This document shows positions 8,731-19,615 of a stretch of DNA of 64,000 bases, piece by piece; the first letter of the stretch is position 1, and each line of letters begins with the position of its first letter. This DNA is from an uncultured Chloroflexia bacterium (lineage in GTDB: Bacteria > Chloroflexota > Chloroflexia > QHBQ01 > JADMIH01). The translations under genes and the position numbers were made by a program. The notes beneath the pieces are model-generated. The model had not been told where the DNA came from, searched no databases, and saw only the letters and a list, made by a program, of their open reading frames with translations. The stretch covers positions 96,001 to 160,000 of the forward strand of contig CAWCNY010000008.1 in the NCBI GenBank assembly GCA_963797095.1, read 5' to 3'.

Positions 8731-10164
8731 TTAATGAACCGCGGCGAGCGCCGCGTCAATCTCCTGGCAGGCCTGGTCGAGCGCCTGCTGACCGGTCTGC
8801 GTTCCAGCAAGCGCGCGCTCGGTGGCATCATTTAGAGCCTGCTGGATCTCAGGGTTGGCCTCCCCACCCCAAACGCCCGGAACGCTGTAACTCGCGCCGT
8901 CGTAGAGCACCTTGGAGATGTTGTTCAGTGTGCCGGAACCCTGGAAGAAGGGGTCGTTCTCCATACCCTTGAGCGACGGTAGAGCGAAGCCGGTCTGCAG
9001 GATCGCGTCTTCGTTCTCGCGGCTGGTGAGGAAGAGCACGAGCGCAGCAGCGGCTTTGGGGAACTTGCTCCTCGCCGAGGCTCCCCACCCGGCGAAGCCC
9101 ACCATAGTGGCCCTGGCCCCAGTCTTTCCCAGCGGCAGTGGTACCGCATCGTAGTGCATGTCGAAGGCGGTATTGGGGTCATTCAGGAGAGGATTGACCC
9201 AACCCCCCACCACGATGCTGGCTACTTGCTTCCTGGCGAAGGCTTCACCCTCCCAGGTGGCGCCGACTTCCGAAGAGAGCGTGAGGAACTTATTCTTGTA
9301 CAGGCTGGACAGCCAGTCAAGGGTAGAGACTCCCTCCGGGCTGTTGATAGCGCACTTGCCATTGTCGTCGATGACAGTGGCGCCGTTCGCGAGGGCGAAG
9401 TTGCCCCAGTAGGGAAAGAACACGGGATCGGTCGCGAAGCCGAAGACCCGCCTCCGGCCATCTCCATGACTGTTCTCCTCGATCCAAGCCGTGAAGTCGT
9501 CCTGGTTCCAGCCGACCTTGGGCGGGGCCTTGACCAGGTCGGTGTTGTAGAAGACGGCAAGACTGGTGAAGTCCTTGGGCAGGCCGTAGACCTTACCATC
9601 ATTGCCGAGGAAGGCGCTGGTGAGACTGGAGAAATAGTCGTCCTTGCCGCGCCCGACCTCCGTCAGGGCCGGAGTGAGGTTCAGCAGATCGTTACCGCGA
9701 ATGAGCCTGTAGGGCAGATCCACATCCAGGTAGAAGACGTCCGGCTCCGAGTTACTCAGGAGCTGAGCCAACAACTTAGGCCCATAGGATGCCGGCTGTG
9801 GTTCATAGGTGATCGTGACGTCGGGGTAGACCTGGTTGAACCGCGCGAGTGCATCTCTGACAACATTTTGCTCGGACGAATCGCCCCAACTGGAGACGCG
9901 CAACTCGGCACCGGGCTCGACCACATTCTTCTTATAGGCTGCCGGATCAAACTTAAATGTGCCAGAGCTCCCGCTGCCACTACCACCGCCGCTGGTGTCG
10001 CCGGGCGCGGACATGGCTGCAGTCGTGTTGGTAGGCGCGACTCCGGTGCCCGTCGCTGGTGTCTCATTTTCACTGCCGCAGGCGCTCAATAAGAGCGAGC
10101 CAATAAGCAGAAGCGCTGCCGGCAATCGCCATCGAAGTATCACAGACATTTCATGTGCTTTCAC
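8731..10164 (-). CDS. sugar ABC transporter substrate-binding lipoprotein (CUT1 type), orphan
   Basis: Lipobox LSAC, Thr/Gly linker, PDVFY and YGLPKDFTSLAVFYNTDL. GTG start overlaps the upstream TGA. Confidence 0.9.
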   Translation of the reverse strand: MKAHEMSVILRWRLPAALLLIGSLLLSACGSENETPATGTGVAPTNTTAAMSAPGDTSGGGSGSGSSGTFKFDPAAYKKNVVEPGAELRVSSWGDSSEQNVVRDALARFNQVYPDVTITYEPQPASYGPKLLAQLLSNSEPDVFYLDVDLPYRLIRGNDLLNLTPALTEVGRGKDDYFSSLTSAFLGNDGKVYGLPKDFTSLAVFYNTDLVKAPPKVGWNQDDFTAWIEENSHGDGRRRVFGFATDPVFFPYWGNFALANGATVIDDNGKCAINSPEGVSTLDWLSSLYKNKFLTLSSEVGATWEGEAFARKQVASIVVGGWVNPLLNDPNTAFDMHYDAVPLPLGKTGARATMVGFAGWGASARSKFPKAAAALVLFLTSRENEDAILQTGFALPSLKGMENDPFFQGSGTLNNISKVLYDGASYSVPGVWGGEANPEIQQALNDATERALAGTQTGQQALDQACQEIDAALAAVH

Positions 10165-13100
10165 CCCCGACCCAGTAGATCCAACTCGCGCGCACGTGCC
10201 ACTGCTTCGGTGCGCCTTTGGACCTGTAGTTTGCTGAAGATAATCCGATTGTGCCCTTTAACGGTGCTCAAGGCGAGGAAAAGCCGCTGGCTGATCTCAT
10301 GATTCGAGAGTCCCTGGGTAATGAGTTGCAGGATTTCTAACTCGCGTTGGCTCAATGGCTCAATGAGGAGCTGGGCAGATGTGGCAGGGGCGACCGGAGC
10401 GGCCGGAGCGGCAGGGGACAGATACGACTTTTCCTCAATCTTCCGCTTCTCAGTTCTAAATGCAGCCGACAACTTCCCGATATAGTCCGGCATCATCCCG
10501 CGAGTGACTGCTTCGGCCAACAATTGAGACATCGGAGTACCTTCGTCGACGAAGATACGGATGAAGCCGTCCGGCTCGGCCAGCGCCAGCGCCTCGCCCA
10601 GCACTTGTGCTGCCCCGTCCTTGTCGCCTTGCGCCTGGAGAGCGACCGCCTGTAGAACCATCACCTTGAGCCGTTCGTCCGCCCAATCCTTTACCTCCAC
10701 ATGCTGGCGCCATGGTTCCAGCACCGACATGGCTGTAGTCGGGTGCTCCTGGGCAAGCTCTACACGAGCCTGGCTTATCGGGAGATCGTGGGTATGGGCG
10801 AGATGAGCAGCCTGGGGCAGCTTGCCCTGGCGAAGCAGAGCAAGCACCTGTGCGGCCACAACATCGGGCATCAAATGCACAAAGTTATGCTGGCGCACGA
10901 AGTGCTCGGCCTCATCCAGAAGAGCGACCGCGCCGGTCAAGTCTCCTCGGGCAAGCCTCAGGCGGGCGAGAAGCACCCCGCAGACGGCGAAGGTATCGAC
11001 GCTGTCCATCTGCTGTGTCAGTTGGATGCATCGTTGCGCATGCTCCTGGGCGGCATCCAGGTCGTTCCATTGGTAGTAAATACGGGCCAGACCAAGGTGC
11101 GCTTCGCAGGCAATGGGCCGCGGTGGATCACCTGCCAGGAGGATGACATGCCGGTAGGTATCGGCCGCCAGATGGAGTTGGTTGTCTGTTTCCTGTACCT
11201 GCCCGAGACAGAGTGTAGCCGCTGTCGTGTAGATTGAAGGCCCAAACGACTTGCCGATAGATATGACTTCGGCATAGGCTCTTCGGGCCGCAGCACGGTT
11301 TCCCTGCAGCTGGTAGGCATGCCCCAGCGTAAAGTTAGCGGCGGTGCGCAGAGGAAGGTTGCCGGGGTCCAGGTACTCCAGGGCGAGAAGCGACTGGGCA
11401 AGCAGGGTTTCCGTATCGTGCTGAGTGACAGCTACAGTGGCGCGCATGGAGGCAATACGTCCCACGAGGTCTCGGGTCTCCTCGTCAGGCTCGACCCTTT
11501 GTAGAATGCTTTGCTGATGGTGCAAGGCGGCTTCAGCAGCTTTCAGCTTCTCTTCAACGGCGGTATGTTGACCGGTCATCATTAGTGCCGAGGCATATGT
11601 CAGCCACAACGAGGGCCTCGCATTCAGCACCGCAGACGGCAGCGACCCAAGCCAGTTTCTTACCGGGGCACCCGCGCCACGGAAATGCAGGGGCACACCT
11701 TTCGCTTCAATAATGCGCTCCGCCCGTTCGACATCATTGGCAGCAACTGCATGGTGAAACGCTTCAAGCTCAAGACCATGATCCTCATACCACTGGCTGG
11801 CACATTTGTGTAATTCGGCTATGCCACCCTCTGCAGAGGAGGCGATTCTCTGCTGGAGTCGCTGCTGTAGCCGCTGCCGCAGCAAATCGGCGAAGAGATG
11901 GTGATAACGGTACCAGCGCCGCTCGTTGTCCAGGGGGACGATGAACAGGTTCGACCTTTCGAGGTGCTCTAGTATTGCTTGCGAAGTTGCCTGCGACGTT
12001 ACGGGGTGAAGTACTTGCGGTAGTCGCGGTGAGCCAGACACAGGCAAGGACGCAGGTTCGCTGTTCAGGTTCAGGTTGGCGTTGAGCACCTCGTCGCATA
12101 ACGGTGCGCACATTCGGTCGAGAATAGAGGTCTGCAACAGGAATGCGAGAACCTCTTCAGGCTGGCGCTCAAGCACTTCTTCGGCAAGGTAATCTATTAT
12201 GAAGCGGCTGCTGCCCGTAAATGTCCGGATGAAGCCGATGCGTTCGTCGGCGCCGTTGCGATCGCGAAGAGCCATGGCAGCCAGATGCAGTCCAGCAATC
12301 CAGCCTTCGGTGCGCGTTTCCAGGGCGTCGACATCTTCCGCTGAGAGGTCCAGCCCCATTACCTGGTTGAGAAATCGGGCGGCTTCAGAGGGGGTAAAAC
12401 GCAAGTCTTGGGCGCGCAGCTCGGCCAACTGGTCTCGGGCGCGCAACCGTGCAAGTGGCAGTTGTGGGTCCTCACGGGTGGTGATGACCAGGTGCATCTG
12501 TGATGGTAGGTGCTCTACGAGGAAGGCGAGGGCCTGGCTAACGACCGGTGCATCAATAACGTGGTAGTCGTCTAGAACGAGGACGAAACTATCCGGGATA
12601 ATCGGGTTAGTGGCGATTTCATTGAGCAGAGCAGTGAGAATCATTTCGATTGGCGGCGGCTGTGGGGACTGGAGCAAGTTCAGGGCAGACGTGGCGGCTC
12701 CCGGCGCTACGGCATCAATGGCGGCCAGGACATATCTCCAGAATAAGGGCGGATCATTATCTCCAGGATCAAGCGATATCCAGGCGACCGGAATCTTGCT
12801 GCCGGCCTCTGTCGTGCGCCATGCATTAAGCAGAGTTGTCTTACCAAAACCAGCAGGGGCAGCAATCAAAATCAGTTTGCCATGCAGGCCACCTGTTAGC
12901 CGTTCGAACAGACGTGGCCTGGAAACCAGTTGGGCGCGCGCGGTAGGCAAATTGAGTTTGGTGGCGAGCAGGTTGGGTGGGGCGACCGATATGGCCGTCG
13001 CGGTTGAGCGAGTTGCGGGTGTAGGTATGGGTTTGGCTGGGCTTGTGGGAGCAGATGCAGTGCTAGCAGCGCTGAGTGTTGCCGCCGTACTGATCAGACG

Positions 13101-13382
13101 GTCAAGAGTCAGCTCAGACGCCTTGCCGAGATAAGCTCTATGCAGAGTGCCGTGGGCTGTGTGATAGGCTTTCCAGTACATCCCACCGCGGGTGCGTGCC
13201 TCCTTACGGGCGGTGAACTTTCCGGAAGAGCAGGTAAATGCGAAGGTCGTAGCACTCTCCAGCCAGGCAAACCAGCCGGGCGTGCCCACCATGATTGAGT
13301 TCTCGACATTAGAGGCGAGGACCAATCTGTCTCCGTCCACTCGGGAGCTCGTGTGCGCGATGCCTGTGCCTTTACCTTTCAC
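10161..13382 (-). CDS. MalT-like LuxR regulator with extra N-terminal domain
   Basis: N-terminal VGTPGWFAWL..FTARKE..YWKAY..YLG extension, then APAGFGKTT, WYRYHHLF and a LuxR HTH. Confidence 0.95.
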   Translation of the reverse strand: MKGKGTGIAHTSSRVDGDRLVLASNVENSIMVGTPGWFAWLESATTFAFTCSSGKFTARKEARTRGGMYWKAYHTAHGTLHRAYLGKASELTLDRLISTAATLSAASTASAPTSPAKPIPTPATRSTATAISVAPPNLLATKLNLPTARAQLVSRPRLFERLTGGLHGKLILIAAPAGFGKTTLLNAWRTTEAGSKIPVAWISLDPGDNDPPLFWRYVLAAIDAVAPGAATSALNLLQSPQPPPIEMILTALLNEIATNPIIPDSFVLVLDDYHVIDAPVVSQALAFLVEHLPSQMHLVITTREDPQLPLARLRARDQLAELRAQDLRFTPSEAARFLNQVMGLDLSAEDVDALETRTEGWIAGLHLAAMALRDRNGADERIGFIRTFTGSSRFIIDYLAEEVLERQPEEVLAFLLQTSILDRMCAPLCDEVLNANLNLNSEPASLPVSGSPRLPQVLHPVTSQATSQAILEHLERSNLFIVPLDNERRWYRYHHLFADLLRQRLQQRLQQRIASSAEGGIAELHKCASQWYEDHGLELEAFHHAVAANDVERAERIIEAKGVPLHFRGAGAPVRNWLGSLPSAVLNARPSLWLTYASALMMTGQHTAVEEKLKAAEAALHHQQSILQRVEPDEETRDLVGRIASMRATVAVTQHDTETLLAQSLLALEYLDPGNLPLRTAANFTLGHAYQLQGNRAAARRAYAEVISIGKSFGPSIYTTAATLCLGQVQETDNQLHLAADTYRHVILLAGDPPRPIACEAHLGLARIYYQWNDLDAAQEHAQRCIQLTQQMDSVDTFAVCGVLLARLRLARGDLTGAVALLDEAEHFVRQHNFVHLMPDVVAAQVLALLRQGKLPQAAHLAHTHDLPISQARVELAQEHPTTAMSVLEPWRQHVEVKDWADERLKVMVLQAVALQAQGDKDGAAQVLGEALALAEPDGFIRIFVDEGTPMSQLLAEAVTRGMMPDYIGKLSAAFRTEKRKIEEKSYLSPAAPAAPVAPATSAQLLIEPLSQRELEILQLITQGLSNHEISQRLFLALSTVKGHNRIIFSKLQVQRRTEAVARARELDLLGRG

Positions 13383-14131
13383 GTTCCGATGTGTTGGTGA
13401 TTGTTGGGGATGTTTTCGTAGGAGTTGATACCACTATACGTGACTTGGGATCCCTATACAAGCCTCAAGATTGTGATGCATGGGCCGTTGAGTTCGGATT
13501 GCAGCCGGCAATACAGCACTTGCTGGACCCTACAGGATTCTTAGAGGGTAGATATTGCATTTCGATACATCCTTTGATTAGGTACTGCTTTGACCTGGCC
13601 TTCACAAGTATGAGCCAAAGTAGCAGAAAGAGGATGTATCGCATGGTGGATTCAGCCCTGGCCCCAGGTTGGAACGAGCCTGTGGATTCCAACGCGCATT
13701 AATGTCTCGGAAACTTCACACTTTTGACACGGTTCCGCCGGGAGAACGCGACATACGGCGGGTAGACCCAGATATCTAGCCCGTAACCAAGAACAATCAC
13801 GCTGTTGCCAATGTAGATGAACATGAAACAGGTTGGGTGTTAGGAGCGTGGCGCGCCCGCCACACTCCTCCGATTCTCGCGCTGAGTGAGGTGGTGCCAA
13901 AAACCCTCCATCCCGCAATTCTATTTGGCTGACCCCATCTGTAGGACCTACCTTGCGCTCAGGAGCTAACCTGTGCCAATCCCAAAAGCCCATGCCAAAA
14001 TCAACGTCTCATTTGTTTAGTGCTGTACAGAGTTATGGCACTTTGCCGGGCAGACACTTTGTGGATGGCTATCTGTCTCCCAACTCCCGAATTTCTGCCA
14101 TTGGCATGAATAGTCGCACCTACGGGGTCTG

Positions 14132-14347
14132 GTGGATGCAGCCTCTGAGAAAGCGCTGCGAAATGCGATGCGGCGCGGGAAGGTTGTGCCTTTCAGCACG
14201 AGCCTGCTGCTTGAGGCTCTGCAAAAGACGCGGCCAGGCACGCTTGAGTGGCTGAACACTGCCCGAAACTATGCCGTCTACAACAACGAAGGTGGGCTGT
14301 ATGACGAGGTTGCTGATTATCTAAAGATGCGCAAGCTGATGCGGTGA
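14132..14347 (+). CDS. hypothetical protein or 3' remnant of a decayed gene
   Basis: 71-aa ORF with protein-like composition. No family recognised. Confidence 0.25.
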   Translation: MDAASEKALRNAMRRGKVVPFSTSLLLEALQKTRPGTLEWLNTARNYAVYNNEGGLYDEVADYLKMRKLMR

Positions 14348-14482
14348 AATCTCCTGCTAAAGGCAACAAAGTTTCGAACCTAAAACGAAAGAGTTCGCTA
14401 GCAGTTGCAGTCGATCTGGTGCCAACCAGCTACCACTGGTGTCATCCATAATCAGGGTTCCCGCAGAACCAGATCATTGTGC

Positions 14483-16324
14483 TCAAGTGGCTTCTGGACT
14501 TGGACTTTGGCCCTCCCCCGCCCACAGGCGACGCATCTCATCGCTGGTCGCAAGCAGTTGATCAAGCTTACCGGTCGCAACTATTGAGCCGTCTTTGAGC
14601 ACGATGATCTGATCGGCACGCCGCAACGCGGCGCGACGATGCGACACAACCAGCACCGTTGGCCGGTCGCCCGAAGCGTCATTGGGCTGGCCCAGCACGC
14701 GCTCCCACAGCGCCTTCTCGGTCTCGACATCAAGCGCGCTCGAAAGGTCGTCGCAAACCAGCAGCGCCGGTCGCCGCACTAGCATACGCGCCGCCGCTGC
14801 GCGCTGCACCTGGCCCCCAGACAGCCTCACACCGCGCGGGCCAACGATTGTATCGAGCTTCTTCTCCAGCACGGCCACATCAGGTTCGAGCACGGCGCGG
14901 TGAATAGCGTCCTCCAGCGCGGCGCCATCGGCAGTCACGCCGAGTAGAATGTTCTCGCGCAACGTCTCGCTGAAGAGGCGCGGCACCTGAGGCGTGTAGG
15001 CGCAACGCGGCGCGATGAGCAAGCCGGAGCTACCGACAATCGGCTGGCCGTTCCAGAGAATTTCGCCGCCGTCGCGAGGTAGCAAACCAAGCATGGCGCG
15101 CAACAGCGTCGTCTTGCCGGAACCTATGCGCCCGGTGATCACGGTGAACGAGCCGCCGTGCACATTCAGGTCGGCGGCGCGGATGCCGTTGGTTGTGCCA
15201 GGATAGTGGTAGGTCAGCCCGCGCACCTTGAGTGTATCGAGGTGGTCGCCGGGTGTGGCGACCGGGACCGCGACGGGCGGTTCGCCACCCTTCTCGTACA
15301 CTTGGTGGGGTTCGAGCAGGACCTGCGGCGGCTCGTCGGGCATCAACGCCACCATGCGGTCGATCGACACCTCCTGCGCCTTATAGTCGCCGATGAAGTT
15401 GCCGAGGAGCGACGGCACGTCGGCGGCAAAGGCCAGGTAATAAGTGAAGAGCGCGAAGTCGCCTACGGTGAAACTGCCGGAGGCCATCGCCTGCCCGGCC
15501 AGCAGTAGCATGACGCCCAGGCCGAAATCGATCGAGCCGCCCTCGAGGGCGCTGATCACCGCATTGATCAAGCTCACACGCACTTTCGCTTTGCGCCGTG
15601 TGTCGTTCAGTGCGTCAAAGTGGCCGATCACTTTGCTCTCGGCATTGGCAACCTTGACCGCCTGGACTGCCCCGAAAAGCTCGCCCAGGAAGCCTGTCAC
15701 CGCGTCGGTGGTTTGACCGACCGCGGCCCAGGCGAGGCGGATGCGCGCCCAGGCGAAGTAGCCCGTCAAGATCGAGACGACTAACGGCAGGAAGATGATC
15801 AGCGTGATCGGCAGGTTGATGCTTGCCATAATAACGACGGCGACGATGAACGCGGCGAGATGGCCGGCCATATAGGGCAACCAGGTAGGGAAGTCGCCGG
15901 TCTCGTCCACGTCGTCGCGGTAGCGGTTGACAGCTTCGCCCGACGATGTCGGTGGCGTAAGGGCACCAGGGCGGCGTAGCGCGGAGGCAAGCAGGTTGCG
16001 CCTCATCAAGGCACCCACCACGCCGCGGAAGGTCCAGGAGCACCAGTTGTCCCCGACGTTGACAACCGCTCGGCCAAGCTCCACCGAGATGTAGAGGGCG
16101 ATCAAGGCCCAGATGTCGAGCTGCACGGGCGCTGCCCCCGTGAGCTTATCGAAGGCGACCTTCTCGATCAGGCCCGGCACGACGCGCGAGCCGAAGTAGA
16201 GCGAGTTACTGATGAGCAGCAGCAGAAACGGCACAGGAGCATACCGGATCAGCAACCAGTTGAAGAATGCCGTGCTGATTTTGCGGCTTTTAGGGACTGA
16301 ATTGGCGTTCGTGTTGGTGCTCAT
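14483..16324 (-). CDS. ABC exporter subunit (TMD+NBD)
   Basis: TM region, [23 protein letters not shown]. Confidence 0.95.
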   Translation of the reverse strand: MSTNTNANSVPKSRKISTAFFNWLLIRYAPVPFLLLLISNSLYFGSRVVPGLIEKVAFDKLTGAAPVQLDIWALIALYISVELGRAVVNVGDNWCSWTFRGVVGALMRRNLLASALRRPGALTPPTSSGEAVNRYRDDVDETGDFPTWLPYMAGHLAAFIVAVVIMASINLPITLIIFLPLVVSILTGYFAWARIRLAWAAVGQTTDAVTGFLGELFGAVQAVKVANAESKVIGHFDALNDTRRKAKVRVSLINAVISALEGGSIDFGLGVMLLLAGQAMASGSFTVGDFALFTYYLAFAADVPSLLGNFIGDYKAQEVSIDRMVALMPDEPPQVLLEPHQVYEKGGEPPVAVPVATPGDHLDTLKVRGLTYHYPGTTNGIRAADLNVHGGSFTVITGRIGSGKTTLLRAMLGLLPRDGGEILWNGQPIVGSSGLLIAPRCAYTPQVPRLFSETLRENILLGVTADGAALEDAIHRAVLEPDVAVLEKKLDTIVGPRGVRLSGGQVQRAAAARMLVRRPALLVCDDLSSALDVETEKALWERVLGQPNDASGDRPTVLVVSHRRAALRRADQIIVLKDGSIVATGKLDQLLATSDEMRRLWAGEGQSPSPEAT

Positions 16325-18126
16325 GCCAGCGCCTCCTCAAGCCCGGTTTGCAGCAGGCTGTAGAAACGAGACCCGGCGTCGGCGCTCAGCTTTTCGCGTG
16401 GTCCATATTCAACTATGCGTCCGCCCTCAAGTATCAGGATATCGTCGGCCTGCTGTACTGTGTGCAAGCGGTGGGCGATAATGATTGCGCTGCGACTACC
16501 GCCCCCAGCCGGGTGTAGCAGAAGGTTGATGGCCCGCTCCAGCCGCTGTTCGGTGATCGGGTCGAGCCGCGAGGCGGCCTCGTCCAGAATGATCAACCCT
16601 GGGTCCCTAAGCAGCAGGCGTGTAAAAGCGAGCATTTGCGCTTCGCCCGCCGACATACCGCCGCCGCCGACCGTCAGGCGCGTATCGAGGCCCTGCGGCA
16701 TCGCGCCGATCCAGTCGCTCAGGCCCAGTGCGTCGAGCGCTGCAGCGATGCGCTCCTCGCTCACCGTGCGGTCGAAGAAAGCGATGTTGTCGCGCAGGGT
16801 GGCGCTGAAAAGCTGCACATCCTGCGTGACCATGCCGACGCTGGCGCGTAGATCATCGAGCGCGACATCGCGTATATCGACATCGCCTAACCGGACCGCG
16901 CCGCGCGAGGGGTCGTAGAGGCGAAACAGGAGGCGCGTGAGCGTCGTCTTGCCTGAGCCGGTGCGCCCCAGCACGCCAAGCACGCGCCCGGCAGGCAGGT
17001 TGAATGTTACATCGCGCAACACCAGCCCGGCCTCCTTGTCCTCCTCTGTTTCGGCTGAAACCGGCTCATTGTCAGCATAGGCGAATGAGACGCCATCGAA
17101 CCCGACCGCCAGCGCGCCCTGCGGCAGCGTCGCCGTTCCCCGGAAGTGCACGACCGGCTGTTTGCGTAACAACTCGCTGATGCGGTTTATGCCGGCGGTA
17201 GAGCGTTGCAGATTGGCGCTCTGGATGCGCAGGTTGTCGAGCGGTCCGGCCAGCATGCTGATATAGGCGACAATCAGAAAGACCGCGCCGATGGTGATCT
17301 GCCCCTGCGTGTAGAGGTAAGCCCCGATGCCAAGCCCCAGCGCCCAACCGATTGCAAAGAGGAGGCTTGTGATGCTCCAGGAGATGTATTCAACCATCTC
17401 GACCGAGCGGCGGGTGTTGAGCGCACGCCGCGTGAAGCCAAATAGCTTCGCGAGCACATAAGGAGTAGCGCCTATTCCTTGAATATCTTCGACACCGGAT
17501 ATGCGTTCCTCGATATAGCCGAACTGCTCAGCCGACGCCTGGCGCGCGAGGGTCCAGCGCCGCACGCCCAACCCTTGAACGGCGACTGAGGCAGCGATAG
17601 CGACGGCAGTATAGAGGGTGAGCGCCAGGCCGGCCAGCCAATCCTCGAAGAAGAGGAGGGCCAGCACCCCGATGATAAGAAGGCAATTGGTAACCACTCG
17701 GATGAGAAGTTGCGAGAAGAAGTCGGCCAGGCCGGTAACGTCGCCGTCGACGCGTTCGATCAACTCGCCTGGGGTGTGCGTCTTATGAAAAGGCATATCG
17801 AGCCGCAGGAGATGCTCGGTCAACGCCGAGCGGAGGGCGTTGGTGGCGCTCCAGCCGACGTTAGTGCTGATGTAGGCGGTGGTGACCGCGAGCAGCCGTT
17901 GGGCCAGGCTGATGGCGATAAAGGCGATGCCTGAGTAGATCAGCGGCGCAATATCGCTTTGGCGCTGCGTCGCGTCGATGAAATAGCGGATGATCTGCGG
18001 ATTGATGAGCTGCAAAGCTACGCTGCCGAACAGGAGGGCAGCCATGGCTATTACGCGCCCATGCTGGGGCCTTAGATAGGTACCAAGCAACCGGCGATAA
18101 TCGGCCAGTGGGAGGGTCAAATGCAT
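16321..18126 (-). CDS. ABC exporter subunit (TMD+NBD), heterodimer partner
   Basis: GRTGSGKTT, degenerate signature MSAGEAQ, ILDEA, IAHRL. ATGA overlap with its partner. Confidence 0.95.
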   Translation of the reverse strand: MHLTLPLADYRRLLGTYLRPQHGRVIAMAALLFGSVALQLINPQIIRYFIDATQRQSDIAPLIYSGIAFIAISLAQRLLAVTTAYISTNVGWSATNALRSALTEHLLRLDMPFHKTHTPGELIERVDGDVTGLADFFSQLLIRVVTNCLLIIGVLALLFFEDWLAGLALTLYTAVAIAASVAVQGLGVRRWTLARQASAEQFGYIEERISGVEDIQGIGATPYVLAKLFGFTRRALNTRRSVEMVEYISWSITSLLFAIGWALGLGIGAYLYTQGQITIGAVFLIVAYISMLAGPLDNLRIQSANLQRSTAGINRISELLRKQPVVHFRGTATLPQGALAVGFDGVSFAYADNEPVSAETEEDKEAGLVLRDVTFNLPAGRVLGVLGRTGSGKTTLTRLLFRLYDPSRGAVRLGDVDIRDVALDDLRASVGMVTQDVQLFSATLRDNIAFFDRTVSEERIAAALDALGLSDWIGAMPQGLDTRLTVGGGGMSAGEAQMLAFTRLLLRDPGLIILDEAASRLDPITEQRLERAINLLLHPAGGGSRSAIIIAHRLHTVQQADDILILEGGRIVEYGPREKLSADAGSRFYSLLQTGLEEALA

Positions 18127-18663
18127 TTGTGCTCCTTAAGAAAGATAGACCACGGATCGATCCGTGGCCCTACTCACCTTCTGATATGGTGCGGCCACGA
18201 ACAGGAGCGCGCCCATGGCCGTTCTTTACTCTACGGCATATCTTCCGCCAATAACCGGCGTTGCAGCGATGCAGGCCACGCGAACAACGCAAACCGATCT
18301 TCCAAATAAGGTATGGAAGGGCGCTATCGCGAATCGCCGGATCGCTGGCCGTAATCTTTAGCTTTTTACTGCCAGGCGCTCTCCTAGAGATGCTCTCCTG
18401 TAACAGGGATAGAGCATCGTATAGTTTGCAGCATGGTCTTTGACATGTTGAGGCCTCCTTGGCAGAGGTTATAGCGTCGCAATAGGCGCTATAGCCTGAC
18501 TTGTATGCTTGCAAGTATAGCCGCCTTCGCCTGATGCCGTATCGGTCGTTGGTCGTAAATCGCGGCGCAAATGAGGGCGCAGAATCTTGTAGGGGTGCTA
18601 CCAGGCGCAAACGCCAGATAGAAGGAGAAGGGTTCACGGTTGATTTCAAGGTACAAGTTCTTG

Positions 18664-18788
18664 GCTGCTTGCGCAGGGAGCGCTACGCGCTGCTTGCGCA
18701 GGGAGCGCTACGCGCTGCTTGCGCAGGGAGCGCTACGCGCTGCTTGCGCAGGGAGCGCTACGCGCTGCTTGCGCAGGGAGCGCTACGC
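18664..18788. repeat. 25-bp tandem repeat GCTGCTTGCGCAGGGAGCGCTACGC x5
   Basis: Five identical units with no spacers, probably intergenic. Confidence 0.95.
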
Positions 18789-18877
18789 CCTGCTGTGATA
18801 GTGCGACTGCCCGGCCTATGGCATCCTTCGATGCATCGCACATCGAACAAGAAATGGAGATAAGCTATACTTAAAGC

Positions 18878-19564
18878 ATGGATCTTGAGCTGAATAAGCA
18901 CCATCAACATGTGTTAGGGTTGGAACAACTGAGACGCAAACGCGGTTACAAAGAAGGCTGGCTGTACCATCTCTGCCTGGAAAAAGGTTTACTGAGAGAG
19001 CTTCAGGAATTGCAACTGGCCGGGCTGGTAGGTGACCGGGCGGACACTATCGGGGGCCATGCACTCAGGAGCGCGACCTCAATGGAGGTTGGTGGCGAAG
19101 GTGAGATCCTTTCGCCCCGCACGTTGCTCACCGTTGAGCTTGTGCCCAGCACCTGCTGGTTCTCCAACCTGCGCTCCGAACTAAGCAAAGATCAATGGGA
19201 CCAGCTAAGACGCCCCATCTTCAAGAGAGCAGGCAACCGGTGCGAAGTGTGCGGAGGAAAAGGCACCCACCACCCGGTGGAATGCCATGAAGTATGGCAG
19301 TATAACGATGAGCAGCATATACAGCGCCTGGTCGGGTTGGTGGCTCTATGTCCAGCGTGTCACGAAGCCAAACATATGGGCTTCGCCTCAAGCACGGGTA
19401 GAGGAGGGCAAGCACGCGCCCACCTGGCGCGTATGAACGGCTGGAGCATGGACGACGTGGAGCTTTACCTGGAGGCGCAGTTCGAGCAATGGTCGCGCCG
19501 TTCGCAGCATGAATGGTCGCTCGATCTTTCCTGGCTGCACCAGTTCGGCATAAACACCGAGTGA
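18878..19564 (+). CDS. HNH endonuclease-family protein
   Basis: ELVPSTCWFSNLRS, CEVCG, ECHEVW, LCPACHEAKH. Short N-terminal RGYKEGWLY module. Confidence 0.8.
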   Translation: MDLELNKHHQHVLGLEQLRRKRGYKEGWLYHLCLEKGLLRELQELQLAGLVGDRADTIGGHALRSATSMEVGGEGEILSPRTLLTVELVPSTCWFSNLRSELSKDQWDQLRRPIFKRAGNRCEVCGGKGTHHPVECHEVWQYNDEQHIQRLVGLVALCPACHEAKHMGFASSTGRGGQARAHLARMNGWSMDDVELYLEAQFEQWSRRSQHEWSLDLSWLHQFGINTE

Positions 19565-19596
19565 CGAGTAACGAGTAACGAGTGACGAGTAACGAG
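19558..19596. repeat. heptamer repeat CGAGT(G/A)A x5
   Basis: Direct reading. Overlaps the HNH stop codon. Confidence 0.9.
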
Positions 19597-19615
19597 ACGC
19601 TACGATCTTATGTAT

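Noticed and set aside
9154-10092. Long antisense ORFs (also 39607..40452, 49408..50157, 52276..53154, 35907..36707)
   Set aside because: They are shadows of well-supported genes on the opposite strand in GC-rich DNA.
13391-14260. Several short ORFs between the MalT-like gene and the ABC exporter
   Set aside because: No recognisable family and inconsistent frames. Probably decayed sequence.
14352-14410. Possible c-di-GMP-I riboswitch-like sequence (GGCAA..CAAAG..CTAA..GTTGC)
   Set aside because: The P2 GNRA hairpin is missing and no gene follows on that strand.
18664-18788. CRISPR array (also considered for 33071-33249 and 1032-1148)
   Set aside because: Units are head-to-tail with no unique spacers, and no cas genes are in the window.
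18501-18863. 120-aa ORF through the 25-bp array
   Set aside because: Open mainly because the repeat lacks stops. No recognisable domain or RBS.
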